The notes: generated by a model not told the origin, from the sequence alone. Shown: positions 1 to 13,690, counted from the first letter of the whole stretch. The stretch: 63,916 nucleotides of DNA, filler included, from Octopus bimaculoides (GCF_001194135.2; 6 parts of 5 records of this genome joined end to end with filler, not necessarily neighbours in it), one strand, 5' to 3'. Numbers and translations: made by a program.

Positions 1-34
<34 letters not shown>

Positions 35-469
35 TCATTATTTGATACGCCCTACCGCTGAACACTCCACCACCTAAATGAGTAAAATCAGTGTCTGTTA
101 CTCGTTGTACTCTTATACGTAAGCTGGAAGCTGCTGGCTTTCTTGTATGACGAATACAAATAAACACACTCCCTATTAGATGACAATAACTAGACGAAAC
201 TAATGATGCAGTTCTCGAGTTCATTCTATATAGAGATCCCCCTGATTTGATTAAAATACCTCTGTAGACAGCGAGGTTGAATGTATGCTTATTGAATCAG
301 TCAGTATTTAAAAAGTTCTTCCAGTTTTGTAAAATCTTATTTTGTTCAGCTATCATTTTTTGTCTCATCGCTAAAACACATTGAAAAAGAATTGGCTGAA
401 CTAAATGAGATATTTTTTTTTTTTATACATGTTGTATCATCAGTAAGTACCCTGGGTATGGCTTTAAAC

Positions 470-862
470 TGTTATTGGAACCCTGGTTCGAGTGTTCCGG
501 TGTTCTGAGGAGGAATGTAGAGCTCCCCCTTAGCCACTACTGTTCCCAAACCTACTCTGATCCGGAGTAGCACTTGGCAGGGTCCCAGCTATGGCTAACT
601 TTGTATATTAGGACTTGCCCACTTATGCATGTACAGACCGGATGTGACGGACCTGCGGAAGAAAACTTCATGGCTTAACGGAAAGGAAGGCGGGTGCAGC
701 AACGTATTGTGACGTGCAGAGTGAAAGACGAGACATGACATCTCGGTTATCCACTGCATCCGTTTCCATTCCCAGTCGTCTTGGCGTGGTCAGGGACGGG
801 AGAGAGAAGTTGAGGCCATGCAGCTCTTCGTCACTTCAAGCAAAGTCACTTCGCATCAGTCA
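470..862. repeat. GC-richer interspersed repeat, possibly a non-LTR retroelement UTR or SINE-like body
   Basis: About 50% GC island in AT-rich DNA with no ORF; resembles recalled octopus repeat motifs (ctctgatccggagtagcacttggcagggtccc). Family not verified. Confidence 0.35.
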
Positions 863-984
863 TACATTAGATTGACCAGATGATCGTCGTCCCTCCGACA
901 GACAAACATGATTTCAGTAAACAAAAGAGGAAATAAACTACAGAACTGTGGCTCACTGGTCTTTTACATACCTTCTTTTGTCTT

Positions 985-1785
985 CACTAAAATTATAATG
1001 GGTTTCACCATGTCACTTCAGGAATCTCTGTCCAACGATTAGATTTACCTTCAAATTGCTTCATGTGTCTCTGTTAATAGCGTCAATGTAGTTCATTAGC
1101 CTTCGCATTCTATAAGGATACGTAAGTGTCTACAATATAACATTTTATATGGGCTGGTGTGTAAATCACATAAGATGATTGAGAAACAATAGTAGAAGTG
1201 TATTGAATATGTCCATAGATCTCTTTGGTCTTGTGTGTCACACCATTAGTTATTTTGAACCCATATGAGAAGCCCACTATACGTAACATGAAAGAACTTT
1301 AAAAGTTTCTTCTTCGTAGCCCATCTTTCATTTCTATTAAAAAGACTGGTCTCTACACATGCCTAGAAGTTCAGCTTCCTTAATACTTAAATACTTGATT
1401 GTCAGATATTTTGAAGCTTGTCCAAGGGACAAACTGAAATTTCATAAAAAGCCTTAATAACATACACCGTGAATACAGACTGAATCACAGTCTGCAACCA
1501 CGGGGTTGCAAACTGTTCTTCATGCTTCTCATATTGCTTAGATATATTTCTACTGACCTATTGGTTCTCAGATTATTTCTTTTTATTAAATTGATACTTT
1601 TTCTCCACATATATCCCATTACTTAAAGTCTTTTTACAATCTAACGAAAAGAGGCTTGATTTCAAAGTTATTCTCCTCAAACCAATTTTGATGCTTGCAA
1701 TAAGGCAACTCAAATATTTCAAAGTAAGCAGAACATGTTGCTTCTTTGACGTCCCTACAAAATTCTTCGACACACATTCACACAC
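985..1785 (-). pseudogene. Highly decayed RTE-like LINE ORF2 fragment (region between endonuclease and RT)
   Basis: Minus translation DVKEATCSAYFE..KHQNWFEENNFEIKPL resembles the RTE motif RHQDWFDENDxEI; many stops and frameshifts downstream. Confidence 0.4.
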
Positions 1786-2476
1786 GTATAGACAAACATA
1801 CGCATACACAACTGCACTTCATTATGATTATTAACTAGTTTCAATTTCTGCCGAGGTCGACTTTGCCTTTTTTACACTTTCGGGAACAATAAAATAAAGT
1901 ACAAGTGAAGTATTGTGGTCGATATAATGAAACAGCTGCCCACAAAAATTTCAGGTCTTGTGTCTATAGAAGAAAGAAATATGATTATAAATTAATGCAA
2001 GTTCTTCTGCATACAGAGATATACGTATACATATACAAATGCACACACACACACATGCGCATGCATATATAAGTATANNNNNNNNNNNNNNNNNNNNNNN
2101 NNNNNNNNNNNNNNNNNNNNNNNNNNNNNNNNNNTGGTATAAATGGTGTAAAGGAATAAAATTGTGTAAAAGAATATAATCTTCTCTTCGGGGAAATGAA
2201 GAAATGAAACTCGTCAATAAGACATTTTAACAGAAAATGATGGATATGTATAGTGATTAACTGAACGCTATTAAGTTTGTTTAAAAAAAAACGTTAGAGG
2301 ATATAACGTCAAAGGTAGCCTATAGAAAGAGGAGGGGTAAAGGAAAGAAAAAAACACATAAATGAGAAGTATAGAACGATATGTAAATTAAATAAACCCG
2401 AAAGTCTTGGGAAAAGATATATCTAGTGAATGTGAAATACACATTCATATACATACATACACGCACGCACACGCGC

Positions 2477-2595
<119 letters not shown>

Positions 2596-3705
2596 GATAT
2601 TTTCTTTTTGTTTTTGTTTTGGTGCCATACTTATTCTATTTTCATTCTTATTTTCCTTATTTCACTTGTTATTTCAATTATACTCTTTCATTTTTGCCGT
2701 CGTTCTTAATTTCATCGTTCCTATCTTTCATTCATTTATATTGCTTGCTTGTTTGTTTCCGTTTTCGTTTCTTTTCATCTTTTCTTTTCTTCAGTCTTTC
2801 GTTCTTTTCTTTCATTTTTCTCTTCTTTCTCTCATTTACTCTTTCCCTATTTTTTACTTCCTTTACATTTTCCTTTTTTAAAATATCAAATTTCATTCTT
2901 TCTATACTTTGCTATTTTTAACCCCTTTCATTCAAATATTTAGTCTTCTTTAATCATTCTTTGTGAATTTCTTTTCCTAATTATTTCTTTTATTAATTAT
3001 CTTCCACAATTTTCCTTCTTTCAAACTTTACTTCTTAACCTTTAATTCCTTTTTCATTTCTTTCATTATTCTTCTCCTTCCTTCCTTCTTTCTTTCCTTC
3101 AAATTTTCTTACTTCACAGCTTTCTTTAATTTCGAATTTCTTCCTATTCTACAGTCAAACAGTAGCAGAGACCACCAAATTTACATTTCGCCATATTACA
3201 TTTCTAGCTTGCATAACAGTTAAATTGGGCTGCAACTTCGTAAAAGGTTCAGTTTTGTTTCCATACCAAAATATATTAACTCCTTTTCATATCCATCGAT
3301 TTACTTACACACGGATATTTCTTTTTTCCATTTATTTTTTTCATTTATATACATTTATTTTTCATCAGGTTCCTTATCACAAAGGTAGCACGATTGATCT
3401 AAATTGGTCTGCAACAGATTAAACTAACATATTAGTTACTTCTTATGAATCTAATTAAATATCTTGTATATCTTATATACATACAAGTAAGCCGCTCATA
3501 AAAGCACGAGAGAAATTCATTATAAAGTGGACGTATGACATCCTGAATTGCAAATAGTTCACAGATTTGTTTGGCAGGAATTTAATGAGTTCTCACTCTC
3601 ACAGTAATGATTTCTTACGACATATTTTAGGCTCAGACGATTTAAACGATAACATTACAAGTGATATCCATCGATCTTTACCCACAAAATTTTCTTTCTA
3701 ATTTT

Positions 3706-3875
3706 AGTACAAGGTCAGCAATTTTGACCTAGACCTCAATTGGTACTTATTTTATCGACCTATAAAGGACGACAGGCACAGCTAACACAAATGGGATTTG
3801 AACTCAGAACGTATCCGGAAGAAATATTTCTAAGTATTCTATCCCACGAGCTAACGATTCTGCCAGTTCACCACC
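3706..3875 (-). mobile_element. SINE family A copy (tRNA-derived)
   Basis: Reverse complement of the motif ggcgagctggcagaa..ttctgagttcaaattcc..gaggtcgactttgcctttcatcc..gataaa..agtaccag, which recurs more than 20 times in the window. Confidence 0.75.
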
Positions 3876-3925
3876 TTATACATTCACTCACAAATAACAC
3901 TGTGTAACATGATATTTGTCGTTGG

Positions 3926-4327
3926 GTTGTTGTTGTTGTTGTTGTTGTTGGCACTCCGTCGCTTACGACGTCGAGGGTTCCAGTTGATCCAATCAACGGA
4001 ACAGCCTGCTCGTGAAATTAACGTGCAAGTGGCTGAGCACTCCACAGACACGTGTACCCTTGACGTAGTTCTCGGGGATATTCAACGTGACACAGTGTGA
4101 CAAGGCTGACTCTTTGAAAGACAGGTACAACAGAAACAGGAAGAAAGAGTGAGAGTAACTTGTGGGGAAAGAGTACAGTAGGGTTCGCCACCATCTCCTG
4201 AAGAAGCCTCGTGGAGCTTTAGGTGTTTTCACTCAATAAACACTCACAACACCCGGTCTGAGAATCGAAACCGCGATCCTTTGACCGCGAGTCCGCTGTC
4301 TTAACCACTGGGCCATTGTGCCTCCAC
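3926..4327 (-). mobile_element. SINE family C, apparently full length, with tRNA-like head and (AAC)n tail
   Basis: Minus-strand 5' end gtggaggcacaatggcccagtggtt..ggtttcgattc carries A/B-box-like motifs. A 3' stem-loop (cgtcg-taag-cgacg) precedes the (AAC)n tail. Second copy at 60389-60575. Confidence 0.85.
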
Positions 4328-4451
4328 TGTCATTGGGTAGCAATTGTTATTTCCTATTTGTTTACCCCTAGAAAGTATAAAAAATAGCTAATATTCTCTT
4401 CAAATTTTGCTTTTGTTACATTTATACAACCCCGAAAGAATCCTTCTCATT

Positions 4452-4595
4452 ACATGTCTGTGATGTTCCCCCGCTACTCCTGCTCATGATCAGAGATACT
4501 CATATTGTCAGCCACTAAGGGAAATGCTCAAGTGATTAGGGTCAAGCGAATGACAGGCAAAACTGTGGTATCGAGCAGGATATATTTGCTATAAC
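4452..4595 (-). repeat. Interspersed repeat family D fragment
   Basis: Reverse-complement similarity to 20360-20480 (ctctgatca..gaagtag..ggggagcatca). Confidence 0.65.
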
Positions 4596-4610
4596 GATAT
4601 TTCTGCTTTA

Positions 4611-4800
4611 AAAGGCGGCGAGCTGGCAGAATGCTTAGCATTATTTCTTCTGTCTCTACGTTCTGAATTCAAATTCCACCGAGGTCGACTTTGCCTTTCA
4701 TCCCTTCAGGATCGATAAATTATGTACCAGTTGCGTATTGGTAATCGACCGGCCTACTCACCAAAAATGTGGGGTCTTGTGCCTAGAATAGAAAAGGATT
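4611..4800 (+). mobile_element. SINE family A copy
   Basis: aaggcggcgagctggcagaa..ttctgaattcaaattccaccgaggtcgactttgcctttcatcc, ending cttgtgcctagaatagaaaagga. Confidence 0.85.
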
Positions 4801-7147
4801 TTTCTGCTTCAACAACTCAGCACTGAATCTGTCTGAAATGTAATGGTCAGTTTCAAAACATTGATGTCGAGGTCAAAAAATCAAAGTTTGAAGGGAATAA
4901 CAGTCATTTCTTTTGATTTCTAGAGAGAAACAAATAGAAATTAACACTTACTAACCAAAAACAAGAACGAAAAAAAAAATTTTGTTATATTAAAATTTGT
5001 TAAAATTTTGTTATTATAATTTTGTTATATTAAAATTTTGTAATGTATATTGAGATAAACCCGCAGAAACTTTAAAAGGATTTATTAAACAACCACTAGT
5101 TTATGGGCAAGAATAACTGGTATAGTCAATTTCAGTTGAGTTCAAACGCCATAGGGGTCGACTCGGCCATATATCGTTCCAGTATAAATGAAATAAAATG
5201 CCAGTTACATTCTGAGAGAAGTTTAGGCAACGTTATCATTTCTTGAAATATCTTGTCTCGTGTCTCAATCAGAAATTGTAATCGTTATTAAACAGCAAAA
5301 CGATAGAGCGCTCATTCAGTAAATTGCATTCATTCAGTTTGTACCTTCTAAGTTCAACTACTTTCACGGTTGACAGGGTTTATATTTCCTGAGTACACAT
5401 GAGGTACTGGGCTGGTTTAAATAACTAATCACCTGCCCCTCTAAACGTACAGTCTGGTGTCTCTGTTAGAAAACTATATCATTCACATCAAAGATGTAAA
5501 CAGTAAATGTAAATAACTGCAAACCACGTTAAGATATTGAATTATGTCTTTTTTACTTCTTGAAATCAAATTCTGAAAGGCTCAGTATTGTCTTCCATCC
5601 ACTATAGATAAAAAAAAAATAAACAACTAGCACTAATAACACATACATATCCAGAGTAGGGGGCATACCTTACATAGTTTTGCACGCCATGAGCACATAA
5701 GTCGTGGATAGCGAAATGATTCGCCTCCAAGCCTGTCGGGTACCACAAAAAAGGCAAAACATCGATATCCATCACTCTTAGATGGGATCGAAGGTGGGTT
5801 TTCTCGCCTGTCCATCACTCTAAGATGTTTTAACACTCAGCGTTTTAAGAGAGTATTCTCCAGCACGCCGTAACAGCCTACATGCAAATACACTGATTGG
5901 ATGCGTTAAGTATATGTGGTGGATAATATTTATTACACTAATGCTTCTTCTAACCACGTGGTTGGGAAGCAAGCTTCACAACTACTCAGCCACACCTGCG
6001 CCTTAACCAAACTGTCCATTCCTTAAGTGTCGGTCACAAATAGCACGAGTAATATAATGCAAAACCTCGAGTAAAAAATAAAATCACAATTTCGGTGAAT
6101 AGGTAGAATCATCTGAGTGCAGGACAAAAATATTTACGGTATTTAGTTACGATCCTTTATATCATCGGTTCAAATTGTACCGGAGTCAACCCAGTCTTCT
6201 ACACCTTCTAGGACTGATGATATAAACTGCGTCAACTGTCGCTTCACGCAAAATATGTACTTTTATGTTTAGGTTAGAAAGACATGACCGTCCGGTTAAG
6301 GGCTTGCTTCACGTTTCATTTGTTTCTCTCGTTGTTTGCGTATTGAACTCATTTGTTTTCGCATTTCATGTTGTTTACTGTTGGTGACGACCTGTACCCA
6401 TATATGCATGCGTATATGTATGTATGCATATATATATATATATATATATATATANNNNNNNNNNNNNNNNNNNNNNNNNNNNNNNNNNNNNNNNNNNNNN
6501 NNNNNNNNNNNNNNNNNNNNNNNNNNNNNNNNNNNNNNNNNNNNNNNNNNNNNNNNNNNNNNNNNNNNNNNNNNNNNNNNNNNNNNNNNNNNNNNNNNNN
6601 NNNNNNNNNNNNNNNNNNNNNNNNNNNNNNNNNNNNNNNNNNNNNNNNNNNNNNNNNNNNNNNNNNNNNNNNNNNNNNNNNNNNNNNNNNNNNNNNNNNN
6701 NNNNNNNNNNNNNNNNNNNNNNNNNNNNNNNNNNNNNNNNNNNNNNNNNNNNNNNNNNNNNNNNNNNNNNNNNNNNNNNNNNNNNNNNNNNNNNNNNNNN
6801 NNNNNNNNNNNNNNNNNNNNNNNNNNNNNNNNNNNNNNNNNNNNNNNNNNNNNNNNNNNNNNNNNNNNNNNNNNNNNNNNNNNNNNNNNNNNNNNNNNNN
6901 NNNNNNNNNNNNNNNNNNNNNNNNNNNNNNNNNNNNNNNNNNNNNNNNNNNNNNNNNNNNNNNNNNNNNNNNNNNNNNNNNNNNNNNNNNNNNNNNNNNN
7001 NNNNNNNNNNNNNNNNNNNNNNNNNNNNNNNNNNNNNNNNNNNNNNNNNNNNNNNNNNNNNNNNNNNNNTATATATATACATATATATATATGTATGTAT
7101 GTATGTAAGTATATGTATATACACATATATATGTACCGTTTTTTTGT

Positions 7148-7360
7148 ACTTTTATTCGTTTCAGTCATTAGACTGCGGCCATGCTGGGACACTGCCTAGA
7201 GGAATTTCTTTTCGAACGAATCGATCCCAGTAATTTATATTTTGAAAGCTTGAAACATTCTATCGCTCTTTCTCACCGAGTAGCGCATTTACGGCGGCGC
7301 AAACACACCAACACCGGTTATCACTCGTTTGACGACAGGGGGAAACAACGACGCAAATAC
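7148..7360 (-). mobile_element. SINE family B, 3' half
   Basis: Reverse complement of the 3' half of the full copy at 59421-59765. Confidence 0.75.
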
Positions 7361-7934
7361 ACACACACACACACACACACACATGTTTGATTATCCGTCC
7401 CCTACGCCCCCGTAAATATAGCGATTTCTCTAACATAAGATTTGTGTCAACCTTTCTCTCTCAACAATATCAGAAACTTCCTCTCGAACCTTTTGACCTT
7501 TCACCTTCTGAACATTATTGACAAGCGCCTGGTTGCAACTAATGCTTAGCCATACGTTCTTTCTTCTCTTCCTTTCTCCTCTTTCATTTTCTCTCTCAGC
7601 CTCTCCCTGTTTCTCATTTTCCACCCCTCTTTCTCCCGCCCTCTCCTCTCTCTCCCTTTCCTTTACTCTCCCCTCTTCCTCTTTCTCCTTTTCTCCTCTT
7701 TCACCTCGTCGCTCTTTTTCTCTTTGCCACCCCCTTTCTCTTTGTCTCTCTCCCCCTTCTCTGTCTATCCCTCTCTCTCTCGTTTTTATTTGAATATATG
7801 CCTCCTTCTCTGTCAATATTCTCGTTGTTATTTCACTCGATATCAGTGTCCTGTTTAAGAATACATTCTTTCCACATCTAAATGCAACAGAAACCAACGC
7901 AGGAAAAGTGCATAGTTTATAGACCTTGTTATTC

Positions 7935-8065
7935 TTGTTCAGCTCTAAGTTAGCCTTGATCAGTCAGACGAATCATGTATGCCATTCCAGTCATGGCCAC
8001 CCAGTCATTTTTTTCCTGCTGATAAACTAACTACACTATCAACTGTGTACTATTTTAAAAGACTG
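7935..8065 (-). repeat. Interspersed repeat family E fragment (SINE-like 3' part)
   Basis: Loose reverse-complement similarity to 13490-13690. Confidence 0.35.
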
Positions 8066-9431
8066 TAAATGCGGCTAGCCTAGTGTCTACGGAGAGGTTT
8101 ACTTGAATGAATTAATTGAGAAGTTTACTCAAAAGTTTATTCAACATTGCACAAACAGAGTTCCAGCGTCTGTTTGTCAACCGTATCGTCTGTGTCTAGT
8201 AACTTCACTATGATGCACACTGCACATGCGTACTGCAGTATAACTGCGTCTCCTTGCCGCTACAGCTAACTAAAACTAAATTATAACCGACTGTATGAAT
8301 CATCAACTGAAGTTCAGAGAGCGGATTTATTAAATAAACGTATCATAGCAGAATACCGTCGAAATGGAAGTTACTATAGTTATTCGAATGTGTGATCAGA
8401 CTCTCATTACTATTTTGGTCAGTTAACATTTCCCATTTACCCATTTGTTTGATGTCGTTGATTAGACGTTTTTCAACACCCAACCATTCGCATATCCTTA
8501 TATTTAACTACATGAACAGATACTCCAACACCATCTCAACTTCTCTGCAGTATTCATACATACACAAATACATACACGCGTTTATACATACACAAATACA
8601 TACACGCGTTTATACATACACAAATACACAAATATACAAAAACACACTCGAGTTAAGCTGACTACGAACGAACTGGATGCTTCCTTGATCCAGATCAAAT
8701 GTTTTTACCATTAACCTATCACCAAATGCTTGATTTGGGAAAACAAATAAAGATAAAAGAAATATATCAGAATTCTGAACAGCACCCCTAAAATATCGCT
8801 TCACTGACGTAATATTTATCCCAACATCAGTTTATAGCAATTTCTTATTACACCACTCGGAATTAAATCTCATCAAAGCAAATATAGATCGGAGATTTAA
8901 TATAAAGATACCCTTCACTACATCGGATGAAATTCAAGTGCTGTTACCTCCCTTTTTTTCAATTCCATTCACGAATTGAAAATAAACCAAGCAAATGTAG
9001 TTTTACAACATTGGTTCAAATGGCATCATTATTGCAACACTTTTTATGTCGGAAGATACGAGTTTGCATCTCTCGCTCTCTCCCTCACACACAAACACAC
9101 TTTCTCTCTCTCTCACTCTCTCTCTCTCACGCCTCTTCACTTCTCTGTTCATCTCTTTCTCTCTTCACTACTCTATCAATTTTGCTTACGCTTCTATTTA
9201 TTTTTCCTCTCTTTTTCTTTGTGCCTAATTCTAACGATATTTTTCTGCCTGTTTACTTTGATTGCTTTCATACTTTTATTATTATTATTATTCTTTTTTC
9301 TACTTATATCATCGGTCCATTTTTGTTTTACTCTCTTTTTCTCAGTTACACAACTTCTCTCTCCCTTTCTCTCTCTCACTCTCTCTCTCCTATATGTTTC
9401 CTTACGTCCTTCTATCACCACCACACACTCG

Positions 9432-9462
<31 letters not shown>

Positions 9463-9715
9463 GCATACACACATAAACAGACACACACATATACACATTC
9501 ACACGCAATACACACATGTATAAATATGTATACATACATATACTTATATACATATATACGTATGTGTGCTTATATATGTGTGCGTGTGTGTATGTATATA
9601 ATTATGTACGTATACGCACACTGATGTTTATTATGTAAATATGTCTATCTATTATTGGTGTACCGACATATCTATCTTTCAATCTCTGTATAGTATGTAT
9701 TCTATGCACATACAC

Positions 9716-9792
<77 letters not shown>

Positions 9793-10515
9793 NNNNNNNN
9801 NNNNNNNNNNNNNNNNNNNNNNNNNNNNNNNNNNNNNNNNNNNNNNNNNNNNNNNNNNNNNNNNNNNNNNNNNNNNNNNNNNNNNNNNNNNNNNNNNNNN
9901 NNNNNNNNNNNNNNNNNNNNNNNNNNNNNNNNNNNNNNNNNNNNNNNNNNNNNNNNNNNNNNNNNNNNNNNNNNNNNNNNNNNNNNNNNNNNNNNNNNNN
10001 NNNNNNNNNNNNNNNNNNNNNNNNNNNNNNNNNNNNNNNNNNNNNNNNNNNNNNNNNNNNNNNNNNNNNNNNNNNNNNNNNNNNNNNNNNNNNNNNNNNN
10101 NNNNNNNNNNNNNNNNNNNNNNNNNNNNNNNNNNNNNNNNNNNNNNNNNNNNNNNNNNNNNNNNNNNNNNNNNNNNNNNNNNNNNNNNNNNNNNNNNNNN
10201 NNNNNNNNNNNNNNNNNNNNNNNNNNNNNNNNNNNNNNNNNNNNNNNNNNNNNNNNNNNNNNNNNNNNNNNNNNNNNNNNNNNNNNNNNNNNNNNNNNNN
10301 NNNNNNNNNNNNNNNNNNNNNNNNNNNNNNNNNNNNNNNNNNNNNNNNNNNNNNNNNNNNNNNNNNNNNNNNNNNNNNNNNNNNNNNNNNNNNNNNNNNN
10401 NNNNNNNNNNNNNNNNNNNNNNNNNNNNNNNNNNNNNNNNNNNNNNNNNNNNNNNNNNNNNNNNNNNNNNNNNNNNNNNNNNNNNNNNNNNNNNNNNNNN
10501 NNNNNNNNNNNNNNN

Positions 10516-11225
10516 GCCTTGTAACCGACTTGCCTCTTTCTCTTCCCCAGACTTGCTGGCCTTGTGCCAAAATTTGAAACCAATATAATTGTTAGCAGGT
10601 TGGACAAATGCTTAGCGGCATTTCATCCTGCACTAAATTCAAATTCCACCGAGTTCCACCTTCCCTTTCATCCTTTTGAGGTCGATGAAATAAGTACCAG
10701 TCAGGTACTGGAATCGATGTAATCCACTTCGAACTCCCTTTAAAAGCTTCTGACCGTGTGTCAAAATTGGAAACCAATATTATCATTATTATTATTACGT
10801 CTTTACATTCTGAGTTCAAATTCCGCCGAGATCGACTTTGCCTTTCATCCTTTCGGGGTCTATAGCATAAGTACCAATTGAGTACTGGGGTCGATGTAAT
10901 TGACTTACACCCTCCTCCAAATTTCAGGCTTTGTGCTTTTAGCTGTCTTCGCGTTCTGAGTTCAAATGCCGCCGGAGTCGACTTTGCTTTTCATCCGTTC
11001 GGGGTCGATAGGTTAAGTACAAGTTACGCAAGTGAAGGAGCGGCGAGCTGGTAGAACCGTTATCACGCGGGGCGAAATGCATAGCGGTATTTCGTCCGGG
11101 CTTACATTCTGAGTTCAAATACCGCCGAGGTAGACTTAGCCTTTCATTCTTTTGGGGTTAGTAAAATAAGTACCAGCTGAGCTCTCCCCCGAAATTGTTG
11201 GTCTTGTATCAAAATTTGAAACCGT
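10516..11225 (+). mobile_element. Cluster of five co-oriented SINE family A copies or fragments
   Basis: Units at about 10516-10590, 10591-10785, 10796-10942, 10943-11030 and 11036-11225. Four repeat the central ttcaaat..gactttgcctttcatcc..agtacca motif; the first is a 3' tail only. Confidence 0.85.
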
Positions 11226-11299
11226 TATCTCTAATGCAACAAAAGCTGGACCGTGGTCCGTCTTTTGTTGCACTCCAAGGTGGAGTTGTATATATCTTC

Positions 11300-11650
11300 T
11301 GTATGTGGAATATTTTGTATGTGTTCGTATTTTCTACCGATCACATGATATGTATCTGCTCTCTATAAATGTAATGTTGTATATATTTGTAAACTCTAGG
11401 TTTTGATTGCGTATTTCTTTGCCTGTTTTTACTTATTCTCGAGTCACGTTCTATTATCAGGATTGTTTCTGGTTTTAGTTGATACATTCTTTTTTCTAAT
11501 CGTTTATATGTGGATAATTTCTCCTATTGGGAGATACAATATCATCTTTGACAAAAAGATATTTCCTCACTTGGCGATCCTTGACAACAATATCGGCTTT
11601 TCATAGTTTGATCGCTTTCTGATACGTTTTTGGTGGCTGTATATCCCTTT
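11300..11650 (-). pseudogene. Decayed R4/Dong-like restriction-like endonuclease (REL) region
   Basis: Minus translation KADIVVKDRQVRKYLF..RMYQLKPETILII parallels RPDIVVRDHEENKCFL..RMWNLKTETILVI at 52106-52456. Confidence 0.5.
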
Positions 11651-12759
11651 ATTTTAATTTATTCTATTTTTTACAGTTTCCAATTAGTAAAACACCCATT
11701 CTGTTATGTTATAAATGCTCTTTATTGTCTAAACTTTGAAAACAAGAGCAAATGTGACTTAATTGTTCCTTTTTAATATGTACGATTTTTGCTGTTACTT
11801 AGTGTATGCTCTTTATATATCATGCATTTGGTGGCCTTTGGTGGGTAGGCTTTGATACTGTGCAGTAAACATGAATCCTCCACCCTTAACTGAGTCATGC
11901 GCTTCCCAGACAGTCTACTTTGTCCATTTGCTACCTGTTTCCCTTACGGGCATTATTGGTCACACGTTGGAACTAAAAAACAACCACATCTGCCTGTCTG
12001 TTTATCTATCTATTTATCTCTCTCTTTTTCTCTCCCTCTTTCTTTCTTTCTCTCTCTCTCTCCCTCTTTCTCGCTCTCACTCGCTCAATATATATATATA
12101 TATATATATTTCTAATATGATTTACTATCACTCGTGCATCAACAAAATATATTTTACACATCTCCACATGTTTTTTTCAATTATATTTTCTCTGTTTCTC
12201 TGTCATTTTATATTTATTGCAACAGTATTTTTATTCAAGAATTATTTTTACTGTGACAGATTCAATAAAAAATCATTGATCAATTGATATTTTATGAACC
12301 TACAAACCAACCCACAATATTCACCTATCTGTTTCAACCCTCCCCCCGCCCCATGTTATGTTTTCCTACCCCCAAAATGTACACCAAACGTTACACAACG
12401 TTCTTATTTCCTATAATCCCCACTCTATCAATTTCTCTATTGCTTTCTAACGTTATATTCTCATATTTTACCATCATTCATTTTTGTTGAAGCCCAAGAT
12501 TATTCAAATCTCACTTCCTATAACCTTCTTTTTGTCACGAGAGTATTCACTCAGGCTCTGATATAATGATAAAAACAAATTTACAAAAAGAAAACAAAAT
12601 AATGCCCGAATCGAAAGCACGTAGTGGCGGTCTAAGTGGGTATATATCAGGTGATAAAGTTAATAAGTTTGTACGATGTGGTTGAGGTATGAGTTGTGAA
12701 GTTTTGTGCATACTTTGGTTTCATGATACAAAACAACGAAACAAATCGCTTACATGGCT

Positions 12760-13000
12760 TGATACCTGTTCATTCAGCACTATCGAAAAGAATTTGATTG
12801 GAAGGACCTGCTCTAAACGTTCGCATTTACGTCACCTTCATGGCAATCGAGCTCATTTAAAATCTTATCTGCAGTAAAATCTAAGGAGCCCTAGACATTA
12901 TAGGAATAAGTAAAAGAATCATAAAGAACCACATAGAAGCTAGTGAGAAAGTGAGAAAGCAACTAAATGGCTTTGGCTAAGAAGAAGCGATTACGGATGT
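12760..13000 (+). pseudogene. Decayed C-terminus of a HERO-like REL-clade retrotransposon
   Basis: With one frameshift it reads MAIEL..GALDIIGISKRIIKNHIEASE/KATKWLWLRRSD, similar to the recalled HERO C-terminal motif AAEKASRWLWxKR. Confidence 0.4.
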
Positions 13001-13489
13001 CACTTGATGAATGCCACAGGTACGTAGGCGTAGATTTGATCAAACTACGTTGGGTTGCCTGGCTGAAGGCGCGTTATTGTAAGACCCAAAATACCTTGTT
13101 ACTCTAGAACACAACGCTGTCCAATTATTGCATCAATAGATTTATGTTGATTTCAAACATATTTCAAACATACTACAGTATCATTTATGAGACTACCACT
13201 GACAATGTGAAATGAGTTATGAACAAACCACCAACTGGTCAGTTGTTATTTAAACTCTACTATATTTGTTACTGTGTAACTGAAGTTGTAAATGTCTTGG
13301 TTAACCAAGCTGGAAAAAATATGGACTACCATGTTGGGCCAATGCGTAGCAATAACCAGTGTGTAGTAAATGACGTAAAAATTTCTAGGTTTACCTTTAT
13401 TACCAGATTCGAGTTCAGTTTCAACACTGGGTATGACACTGAGAAGGAATATGGTCTGCGAATACGATAAATTTTGATATATATAAGCC

Positions 13490-13690
13490 AAAGGAGTCCC
13501 ACAATAGCTCGATCTGCAAGAAATACAGTGAGATTAGCCTCAAATCACACACTTAGAGGATGAAAGGCATATCAGTTAATATAATCATAGATAATCTAAA
13601 AATCTACGAAACAGTCATATTTAGAAATATCTTTGATCAAAGGTCTGATTCATCAGAGTGATCGAGCGCTATACAACACCAACCCATTGG
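13490..13690 (+). repeat. Interspersed repeat family E fragment
   Basis: tcgatctgcaagaaata..ctcaaatcacac..tttgatcaaaggtctg..gctatacaacac; decayed SINE-like 3' part. Confidence 0.4.

Noticed and set aside
575-700. Possible HDV-like ribozyme (catggcttaacgga resembles a J4/2-P2 end)
   Set aside because: No consistent P1/P2/P3/P1.1 double pseudoknot could be built by eye.
5633-5836. GC-richer ORF with HLRV..TGEK zinc-finger-linker-like words and a 17-bp direct repeat (5768-5784 and 5811-5827)
   Set aside because: The linker needs a frameshift, the Cys/His spacing is absent, and the flank resembles a decayed repeat.
6205-6240. Other CTGATGA or TCATCAG occurrences (about 435, 6210, 48937, 49245)
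   Set aside because: None has helix II plus GAAA plus helix I pairing; these are chance 7-mers or microsatellite sequence.
6296-7233. Long ORFs in the supplied track that run through N gaps or TA/CA/TACA/ATT repeats (also at about 9.6, 18.5, 29, 30.5, 37.5, 43, 45, 54 and 57 kb)
   Set aside because: They are artefacts of N runs and simple repeats lacking stop codons.
12875-13019. Apparent exon (ctgcag|..MALAKKKRLRMSLDECH..|gtacgt)
   Set aside because: Another frame gives a HERO-like KATKWLWLRR motif with matching upstream context, so a TE relic is the simpler explanation.
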